IMG/VR virus record: IMGVR_UViG_3300050196_000293 | Strand: one strand, 5' to 3' | DNA from: a virus | Taxonomy: Duplodnaviria; Heunggongvirae; Uroviricota; Caudoviricetes | DNA: 11,614 nt | In this document: piece by piece, positions 1 to 6,729 of the stretch | Layout of the letters: every line of letters begins with the position of its first letter | Position numbering within the stretch: the stretch's first letter is position 1 | Made by a program: the position numbers and the translations under genes | The notes under the pieces: generated by a model | Told to the model about the DNA's origin: nothing | What the model saw: the letters and a program-made list of their open reading frames with translations, nothing else | Databases searched by the model: none

Positions 1-1173
1 CAGGCGGAAACCAGAGGTCTCGGTGCGGACGTAGATGATTTCCTGAGTACGGATAGCCTTTTCAGACTCCTGGATCTGGGAACCATTTTCGTTCAGCTGC
101 TCCAGGGTATCACCTGCGGAGTAGCCAACAAGTTGGTTGGCCGTCATCGTCGAAGACAACTTGAAGTCAACCGAGCCCTGTAGGATAGGAATACCCTTCA
201 GTTGGAAGCCCATCGCAGCCAGGGATTCCTGATCCGTTGGACCAGACTTGTCGGCAGACGGCAGAGCAAACATAAACAGCCACTGCAGATACAGATCCCA
301 GCCACCAACGACAGTGTCGATGGGGTAGCCGGCCTTGGCACGCTCAACCAGCCAAGCGCACAGGTGCTTGTAGGACAGAGTACCATTGACCGAGTTGGAA
401 CCAACGGCGGTGTTGAAGGCAGACTGGTTGGTGACCGTAGCGGCACCATGGACGCCATCACCGTTGATCAGCATGCGGGTAGCTGTACCGACCTTCGAAC
501 GGTCGATTTGCTTCTGGGTCTTCAGAGCGTAGGGGGTCAGGATGTCCAGAGAGGCTCGACGATTAAATTCATAGGTCGTCTTGTAGCCGTTGCCGTACTT
601 CCACAGCTTGACAGACTTTTCGCTCGAACGGATCGAGTGAATAGGAACCTGGCCACCTTCAGAAACCGCACCGACACCCTCTTCGTAGTCATTTGAGGTG
701 TCTTCAATGATCGTGGAGATCAGTTCAGGACCCGAAATATTACGGGATTGAGAGATCATACCATCAGTGGTTTCGAAGTTGGTCTGACGATACTTCCAGA
801 TCACCATGTCATCCACGACTTCCGGGAACATGGCCCGGGTGCCAGGGAATTGCTGGAAGGTATCAGCTGCCAGCTGGAGCATGATGCCACCGTCCAGGTC
901 ATCCCGGGTAGGCAGGTTCAGAAAGCTCAGGGCCGTTTCGTAGCCGTTGAGGAACGACTTGGAGTCAGCCAGGTAGAGAGGCTTGACGTCGTCGGCGCTC
1001 AGACGTGGGTCGATTCGCAGACGGAGATAGTCACGAAGACTAAGGCCGTAGGAAGCGGCTTCCGAGGTCAGACGGATGCCGGCCTCGACCGAATTACCAC
1101 GGGAGTCGTCCTTCAGGGCAGAAAGAACTGCTTCAGGAGATCCGCGCTTGATTTCAGAAGTACTCTTGTTCAT
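1..1173 (-). CDS. Major capsid protein, HK97 fold (3' end runs off the window; 391 codons without a stop)
   Basis: Not in the ORF track; translated by hand. ATG at 1173, GAGGA Shine-Dalgarno 8 nt upstream. MNKSTSEIKRG...TRAMFPEVVDDMVIWKYRQ...EGGQVPIHSIRSSEKSVKLWKYGNGYKTTYEFNRRASLDI...LINGDG...QEIIYVRTETSGFRL. The EGxxVP, KYGxxxxxTYE and LINGDG segments, and the position after protease and decoration genes, fit a capsid protein. Confidence 0.9.
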   Translation of the reverse strand, partial: MNKSTSEIKRGSPEAVLSALKDDSRGNSVEAGIRLTSEAASYGLSLRDYLRLRIDPRLSADDVKPLYLADSKSFLNGYETALSFLNLPTRDDLDGGIMLQLAADTFQQFPGTRAMFPEVVDDMVIWKYRQTNFETTDGMISQSRNISGPELISTIIEDTSNDYEEGVGAVSEGGQVPIHSIRSSEKSVKLWKYGNGYKTTYEFNRRASLDILTPYALKTQKQIDRSKVGTATRMLINGDGVHGAATVTNQSAFNTAVGSNSVNGTLSYKHLCAWLVERAKAGYPIDTVVGGWDLYLQWLFMFALPSADKSGPTDQESLAAMGFQLKGIPILQGSVDFKLSSTMTANQLVGYSAGDTLEQLNENGSQIQESEKAIRTQEIIYVRTETSGFRL

Positions 1174-1188
1174 GTCGAATTTCCTCAA

Positions 1189-1620
1189 TTAGATCTTGTG
1201 AGCAATCGCTTTGGTGCCTTCAACCGACCAACAGACCGGGGCACTTGCGAAGTATTTGAACTCGGCGGCAGTTGCTTCGGTGATGGCCTTGACCTCACCA
1301 GCGCCGGCACCAATGAGACGCTTGCCACGGGCAACCGCAGCACCACCCGTCAGGCCAGTCTTGATGGCGAGCTTGGCAGCAAAGCGGAATTCGACGGTGC
1401 CAATCAGGGTACCTTCGGTGACGCGGTTCTCGACCGTGTACAGAATGCCGAAGATAGGGTCACCATCACCAGCCAGCTTGACTTGATTGTCAGCACTGGT
1501 GTCTTGCGTAACAGCAAGACCAATGTGAGTAGCAGTAATGCCAGAGGCGAGGTTTACCGTCAGTTGTGAATCAGGAAACGGGAACTTGCTCAGACGGACG
1601 TCATTATGGAACTCAGCCAT
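1189..1620 (-). CDS. Head decoration/capsid cement protein (143 aa)
   Basis: Lies between protease and capsid genes. Strong TAAGGAG SD overlaps the upstream stop codon. Small Gly/Ala-rich beta protein (GLAVTQDTSADNQVKLAGDGDPIFG) of the size typical for beta-tulip decoration proteins. Confidence 0.68.
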   Translation of the reverse strand: MAEFHNDVRLSKFPFPDSQLTVNLASGITATHIGLAVTQDTSADNQVKLAGDGDPIFGILYTVENRVTEGTLIGTVEFRFAAKLAIKTGLTGGAAVARGKRLIGAGAGEVKAITEATAAEFKYFASAPVCWSVEGTKAIAHKI

Positions 1621-1631
1621 GTTGTATCTCC

Positions 1632-2042
1632 TTATTTACGGGGCATGCGGAAAGAATGACCCGCAGAAAGCGAGACAAGTGGAACTTCACTTTGGCCGTC
1701 TGCTGATTGACTGGCCCCGCCCTTAGGCAGAATGGCAGAAAGAGCAGTCCGCTTTTCTGCAATCAGCGCAGTCAGTTCTGCGATGGTTGCCGGAATTTTC
1801 GCGTCTGCTTCACCACACGCCGTGAGGATCAGCTTGGCTTCAGCACTCAGGGCAGTGACTGCTACAGCGACTTCTGCTTCGGAGACTGCCAGCTTGGCAG
1901 CATCAGCTTGGACAGCACTCAGGCTGGCGACTTCGGCGGTGAGCTCTGCCACACGGGCTTCGGCGGCTGCGAGCTTGACAGTCGCAGTGACTTTTTCAGT
2001 CACAGCGGCTTCAAGCGAGTTAGCAAATTCTTTAAGATCCAC
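1632..2042 (-). CDS. Putative nested in-frame scaffolding protein (136 aa, GTG start)
   Basis: In-frame GTG (protease codon 236) preceded by AAGGAA and a 6-nt spacer, exactly where the Ala-rich coiled coil starts after a Ser/Pro linker. Confidence 0.5.
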   Translation of the reverse strand: MDLKEFANSLEAAVTEKVTATVKLAAAEARVAELTAEVASLSAVQADAAKLAVSEAEVAVAVTALSAEAKLILTACGEADAKIPATIAELTALIAEKRTALSAILPKGGASQSADGQSEVPLVSLSAGHSFRMPRK

Positions 2043-2747
2043 TGGGATTTCCTTGTCTGGAGAGGGGGAAGAGGCTGAGAGAATGAGGACATTCTTCCCA
2101 CCCTGTGCCGAGGCAGCGAGACGTTGCTGTTGTTCTGGGGTGAGACGAGATTCAGAAGGCCCTACAACACGAGCACTCTTGATTGCCCCAGCACCAACCA
2201 GGGAAACTTCGGTAAATACGTTGAGACCGGACAGTACGCCGTGGACACCATTCTTGCCGATGGTGTGACCGTTAGGGTCTTCACCCGTCCAAAGCGCGGT
2301 TAGTGCTTCGTCGGTGTCAGCAAAGAAGTCGAAACCACAGGATGAACAATTAAAGTGCTTGTTCGAGATACCGATGGAAACCATATCGATGGTTCCGCTA
2401 TCGAGCTTGCTCGTCACGTCAGGGTGGTTGGTACCGTCTACGGCCATCAGGCCACGCAGTTCGGATCCACCGTTCAGAAGCGCAGCCGAGAACACACGAC
2501 CAAAAGGTTGACCGCTGTTGACGTGTTCCATTCGGATAGGAACACTCTCACTATTCAAGGACGCGGCCATCTCCATCAGGAGATGGGGCGACATTACTGC
2601 ACCTTGGAAAAAACCCCCGGTCTTGCGGATAGGTTCATTAGTAGCAAGCACCGCCTCATAGATAATCAACCCATCAATGTTGGCATCCGGGCCAAAAGAG
2701 GCCCGGAGTTTTGCCGTGATATCAGGAGTTTTGGCGATCTGCTTCAT
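1632..2747 (-). CDS. Prohead protease with C-terminal scaffold-like coiled coil (371 aa)
   Basis: HK97-type protease pattern: MEH...PFGRV (His), IDMVSIG (Ser), FTEVSLVGAGA. The last ~136 aa are Ala-rich helical heptads. Located between portal and capsid genes. Confidence 0.85.
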   Translation of the reverse strand: MKQIAKTPDITAKLRASFGPDANIDGLIIYEAVLATNEPIRKTGGFFQGAVMSPHLLMEMAASLNSESVPIRMEHVNSGQPFGRVFSAALLNGGSELRGLMAVDGTNHPDVTSKLDSGTIDMVSIGISNKHFNCSSCGFDFFADTDEALTALWTGEDPNGHTIGKNGVHGVLSGLNVFTEVSLVGAGAIKSARVVGPSESRLTPEQQQRLAASAQGGKNVLILSASSPSPDKEIPVDLKEFANSLEAAVTEKVTATVKLAAAEARVAELTAEVASLSAVQADAAKLAVSEAEVAVAVTALSAEAKLILTACGEADAKIPATIAELTALIAEKRTALSAILPKGGASQSADGQSEVPLVSLSAGHSFRMPRK

Positions 2748-2749
2748 AT

Positions 2750-2772
2750 CCCTGCTTTAATGACAAGCAGGG
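2750..2772 (-). promoter_or_regulatory. 8-bp stem-loop covering the SD-like AGGG, 2 nt before the protease ATG
   Basis: Plus strand CCCTGCTT-taatgac-AAGCAGGG, perfect 8-bp stem; ATG at 2747. Confidence 0.5.
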
Positions 2773-2796
2773 CGAAATCAGCAACTCATCTAAGGT

Positions 2797-2827
2797 ATGA
2801 TAATTACTTATTATATATGATCTACTA
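2797..2827 (-). promoter_or_regulatory. Putative late promoter upstream of protease/decoration/capsid genes
   Basis: Minus strand TAGTAGAT-catat-ATAAT-aagtaat-TATCAT in an AT-rich 84-bp intergenic gap; same layout as the element upstream of terL. Confidence 0.65.
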
Positions 2828-2831
2828 GATG

Positions 2832-4322
2832 TTACCGAGGTTTCTTGGACGCAACCTTACCATTACCCTTGGCCGCAGCAGATCCTTCACCAGATTGGCT
2901 CTTGCCAAGAGGGTCATTGTTTGCCGAAACTGTCGTGGGGTCGACACTTATGCTTGGGGCATTCTGGAAGTTGGTGCCTGAGATGGGGGTGGAGCCAGGG
3001 GGTGGCAGTCGCCCATACATTTCGAGGTGATATTCCTCGTCGGTGATGATACCCAGAGACAGGTCCGCGAGCAGACGGGAGGCTTTCAGGGACTTCTGGG
3101 CTTCCAGTTCCAGAGGTGGACGAAGCTCGGCCGGGGCGAATTTGACTTCAACCCAGCCCGGGACACCATAGCTGGCCAGCAGGAAAGTGAAGGCTTGGCT
3201 AAGCTGGTTAGAGACAGGCACATTCAGCTGGTCGGCGTTCATGGCTGCGATCCGGGCCTCGACCGAGGCCACGCCGGCGGCACCTGACCCACGTCCAATG
3301 ACGGTCGCCATGGTTTTCAGGGCGGCTTGGTTCTGGGAATTGAGGACATCAATGACGTTGCTGATGTCGATTCCAACCCCAGGGGAGCGGTCGTTCAGCA
3401 TATTGGCCTCGACCGAGTCCAGGTGGACGAAACTCTGGTCGGCACGCAGAGAAGCGAATGTGCTTTGGACTTCCAGCATACGAGCTTGGATCCAGTTAGC
3501 CGTTGTCTGAGGGTTAGGGTCTGATTTTACCGAAGGTGGGAGGTTCTGGAGAAGGGTTTCCTCCAGAATCTTGATATCCATGCGAGGATAGCCCGTCACA
3601 GTCATGATCCGATACAGGTCGTTGATGACCTGGGTACGGGCTGAGGCCGTGTTGATCACTGACACAAAATCCGAGGTGGAATAGATCGAGGTGGGATCAC
3701 GGCGGTGATAGGAAACAAAGAAGCTGGGAATATCCAGACTGACTGGGGCATTTCGACCTGTCACACGCTGTGAAGGTTTCATCTCTCCGGCAATAGCTTC
3801 GGTCCAGACCAGACTGGCCGTGTCCACATGCTGCAGACGAGATGGACGCATCTTCTTGTCAAAGATCAGCTCGCTGCCAATCGATCCCCGGAGCATGAGC
3901 ATGTATCTCATTTCCTGGATCAGCAGGGAGAGACTGGGCTTGAACTGGAAGCCTTCAAGATAGGTGGTGGGAGCAGTCAGGGCGCGGACCAAGGCAGGCA
4001 GCTGGGTAGTAGCAGCGACGTCGATATTCCCATTCACGTCACGAACGATCATGGTCATGGGGGTGTCGGACAGGGTCAGGAATGATCCAACAGCTGCGGA
4101 AACATCCGCATCATGCTTAAACATGTCGCGCAGGAGCGTCTGACTGCTCTGACTGAGACGGCTGTCGGTCAGAGAGGACAGGTGGTCTCGATAGGTCGGG
4201 ACCGTCAGGACCTGACTTGGATTGGCAGCGTTGAAGGTGGGAGTGATACCCGTAGGGGCCTTGGGCGGCTTGCGAACCACACCTGCGTCGGCAAACAATT
4301 GGTCGATAGAGGGACCGGCCAT
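2832..4322 (-). CDS. Portal protein (496 aa)
   Basis: Immediately downstream of terL with a TAATG stop/start overlap and upstream of the protease. Size, helical core and low-complexity termini fit a portal. Assigned mainly by synteny. Confidence 0.8.
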   Translation of the reverse strand: MAGPSIDQLFADAGVVRKPPKAPTGITPTFNAANPSQVLTVPTYRDHLSSLTDSRLSQSSQTLLRDMFKHDADVSAAVGSFLTLSDTPMTMIVRDVNGNIDVAATTQLPALVRALTAPTTYLEGFQFKPSLSLLIQEMRYMLMLRGSIGSELIFDKKMRPSRLQHVDTASLVWTEAIAGEMKPSQRVTGRNAPVSLDIPSFFVSYHRRDPTSIYSTSDFVSVINTASARTQVINDLYRIMTVTGYPRMDIKILEETLLQNLPPSVKSDPNPQTTANWIQARMLEVQSTFASLRADQSFVHLDSVEANMLNDRSPGVGIDISNVIDVLNSQNQAALKTMATVIGRGSGAAGVASVEARIAAMNADQLNVPVSNQLSQAFTFLLASYGVPGWVEVKFAPAELRPPLELEAQKSLKASRLLADLSLGIITDEEYHLEMYGRLPPPGSTPISGTNFQNAPSISVDPTTVSANNDPLGKSQSGEGSAAAKGNGKVASKKPR

Positions 4323-6043
4323 TAGAGGAGCCTTTCTTGAGGGGGTTTCCTGGAGAGTATGGTCGGGATTTCCATAGGAACATCCACGCCCACCACACCG
4401 AAGTATTTCTTCACCGGGACAGTTCGTGTCTCAATGTTGTATTTGTGGACACCAACTGAGGCCTGTAACAGGACAAGGGCGTGCATGAAGTGATCCTGAC
4501 CTGTCAGCTTCTGCCAAACAGCTGGCTTTTCAGGGACTTCAATTCTGACCATATCACAAAGATGAGATATGACCACTTGTCTTAGACTGCCGTAACCTGT
4601 CAGCTTCAAACGCTTGTTTGTAACTGCCCGAACTACACGGTCAATGGCTTGTGTACGATTGATCTGAGCGTAGTCCAGGACCTCATACTCATCCTCGACC
4701 AGGTTGATGTGGGCTGCACCACGATATTCGATTGGTAGGATGACACCACGGGACTCATCACGAATGGTGTTGGAGGTGGGTGTATAGGGATGCCGGTCAA
4801 CACCACCACAAACGACATTATATCTGGACCGGAAGTCCGCCATGTATTCGACGATTTCTGAGGCTGGCACCTGTTCGAACAGGAAGGGCTGCACAAAGTC
4901 CCCGTCTATGACACCCGCTGTAACGTGACAGACTCGGCCCATGTCACTGGATATGGCAACTGGGGTGTCAGACGAGACCTCCGGTCGTCCAGGAGATCCA
5001 AGAACGGCCTTGACCACGTCCTCTGTCAGCTTGCTGTCACTGTCGCTGTAGGTCTCGCCCAGGGTGGTGTTATGCCAGCCCTTGAGGTTGTCCAGTTCCG
5101 CATACTTGCGATGTTGGCGGATAATGTAGGAAGGAGGCAGTTTGTGGGTGCTAAAGGGCCGGATGGTGTAACCGTGTGCGTCACGGCCGGGACGGGCTGG
5201 AACCCACTCCCGAAGGTCGGGATTGGCCAGATCCAGTTGGGTCTGGCACCGCTCACACTTTACATAGGACTCATCCAGCTGAATGGCTTGGAAGGTCTCG
5301 TCGTCGATCTGGCGAAGGTTGGAACCCTTGAAACCAGGCAGGTGCAGGAATCTTTCGTCCCACTCCGGGATTTGCTGATGCCCACAGCTCTGGCACTTCA
5401 TGAAATATTCCCGCTGGTCCGAGGCAGCGATTTTGGAGTCAATGCCGTAGGCAGCGTGGGTGGGTGTGGAGAAGGCTTGGGTCATCTTCCAGTCGGAGTT
5501 CTGGAGACGTGACTGATATAGAGCAACCATCGCCTGGTCGCTGAGATCGAGCTCGTCCTCAAACAGGAAGTCTGCAGGGGTAGAGGTCGCCTCCCCTTCG
5601 GTCATACCCATGATATGGCCGAAGCTGCCATTTACTTCGTAGAGGCTCATGGAGCGATTGGGCTTCTCATCATCAAGACCCGTGTTGCCGAAGGCTGGCT
5701 GGGTGACGATGGGACGGATGCGGGTCTTGGAATTCCGCTTGAACATGTCGGCATTGGGAAAGGTGAAGATTCCCGAAGTTCCACGGTTTCGAACCAGTAG
5801 GGTGAAGAACTTGCGGATCTGGACTTCTGTCATCCCGACCTGGGAAGGCTTCTTCACACTGAGGTCGTGGTGATTGTCGTTGATGATTCCGGTCTGGAAC
5901 TCATAACCCTTGGTGCTGAAGGGTTTGTTGTTCAGACGGGTATTGGCACAGATCCATTCCGAGTTTGTCATTTTGACACCATCCCGGGGGTAGCGGGAAC
6001 GGAGGTCGGTGACAAAGTCTTTCATGAAGGGATTTGAAGCCAT
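4322..6043 (-). CDS. terL: Terminase large subunit, lambda GpA-like (ATG 6043; alternative GTG at 6049)
   Basis: Walker A-like KKPSQVGMTE, Walker B FLFEDELD, motif C FSTPT, CxxC...CxxC (CQSC/CERC) as in GpA-family enzymes, and nuclease-domain ISSDMG and DHFMHA. Confidence 0.93.
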   Translation of the reverse strand: MASNPFMKDFVTDLRSRYPRDGVKMTNSEWICANTRLNNKPFSTKGYEFQTGIINDNHHDLSVKKPSQVGMTEVQIRKFFTLLVRNRGTSGIFTFPNADMFKRNSKTRIRPIVTQPAFGNTGLDDEKPNRSMSLYEVNGSFGHIMGMTEGEATSTPADFLFEDELDLSDQAMVALYQSRLQNSDWKMTQAFSTPTHAAYGIDSKIAASDQREYFMKCQSCGHQQIPEWDERFLHLPGFKGSNLRQIDDETFQAIQLDESYVKCERCQTQLDLANPDLREWVPARPGRDAHGYTIRPFSTHKLPPSYIIRQHRKYAELDNLKGWHNTTLGETYSDSDSKLTEDVVKAVLGSPGRPEVSSDTPVAISSDMGRVCHVTAGVIDGDFVQPFLFEQVPASEIVEYMADFRSRYNVVCGGVDRHPYTPTSNTIRDESRGVILPIEYRGAAHINLVEDEYEVLDYAQINRTQAIDRVVRAVTNKRLKLTGYGSLRQVVISHLCDMVRIEVPEKPAVWQKLTGQDHFMHALVLLQASVGVHKYNIETRTVPVKKYFGVVGVDVPMEIPTILSRKPPQERLL

Positions 6044-6062
6044 TGTCACGCAATGGCTTCAA
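6034..6062. repeat. Perfect 12-bp inverted repeat spanning the terL start codons
   Basis: TTGAAGCCATTG-tcacg-CAATGGCTTCAA; ATG (6043-6041) in the stem, GTG (6049-6047) in the loop. Confidence 0.8.
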
Positions 6063-6091
6063 TGGCAATCGGTGTGCAAGTTATAATGAGA

Positions 6092-6122
6092 ATTCTAAAC
6101 GCTGATTATCCCTTATCTACTA
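6092..6122 (-). promoter_or_regulatory. Putative late promoter upstream of terL
   Basis: Minus strand TAGTAGAT-aaggg-ATAAT-cagcgtt-TAGAAT; identical spacing to 2797-2827. Confidence 0.65.
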
Positions 6123-6222
6123 CACAAGGACATATAGTACCCGACCATTTTATATTGTGGCTTGAGCATTCGCCGAGGGGGTGTATTGAGATCCTCCGCT
6201 AATTCGCTCGAGGGAACACAGT

Positions 6223-6729
6223 ATGGCTCACTACCCCAATATCACTGAACCTTCCCTGGTTCCCTTCAGGGCTCTCAAGGTCCAGGTGGACCAAGGGGTT
6301 GAGCTGTTTGACTGCGCCGAGTGCCCCTACCCTCCTGATATTCGGTCATTTCTCAAGACGATGCTGGTGAATGCCGCTGAGAATGACCGAATATCTAGTA
6401 GAGAGGGAAATTCGGTGGTGGTGGAGGATGATAGTTGGGCTGATGAACTTCTGGACCCAGAAAGCACCCGGATTGACCACGAGATTGCCAAACTATACCG
6501 CAAGGTGAAGAATGAAAGCAGTAAACATGCGGGTACTGACGTCAAGGAAACTATGAGTTTGATGAGAACAGCCAACGATTTGCTGATTAAACTTGTGAGT
6601 TTGCAGGAAACCAGGGCGAATATCAGGAATATGGCCTTGTTCAAGAGGGCGGTCGTTGAAACTCTTGAGGAGTTTCTGACACCAGCTGCGCGGACTGAAT
6701 TCCTGTCCAAGATTGAGGATGCGCTGTGA
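6223..6729 (+). CDS. Hypothetical helical protein (168 aa), coupled to the primase gene
   Basis: AGGGA SD 7 nt upstream of ATG; protein-like composition; GTGA overlap with the next gene. Confidence 0.85.
   Translation: MAHYPNITEPSLVPFRALKVQVDQGVELFDCAECPYPPDIRSFLKTMLVNAAENDRISSREGNSVVVEDDSWADELLDPESTRIDHEIAKLYRKVKNESSKHAGTDVKETMSLMRTANDLLIKLVSLQETRANIRNMALFKRAVVETLEEFLTPAARTEFLSKIEDAL

Noticed and set aside
202-1569. Plus-strand ORFs 202-696 (164 aa) and 748-1569 (273 aa)
   Set aside because: Antisense shadows of the capsid and decoration genes; no SD, no protein-like motifs.
1707-5873. Many plus-strand and alternative-frame ORFs over the protease, portal and terminase genes
   Set aside because: Fully overlap well-supported genes; typical shadow ORFs of codon-biased DNA.
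6389-6402. GAATATCTAGTAGA, 14-nt identity to 11556-11569, inside the 168-aa gene
   Set aside because: Lacks the ATAAT and the -10 hexamer at the expected spacing, so not counted as a promoter; could still be a lone binding site.
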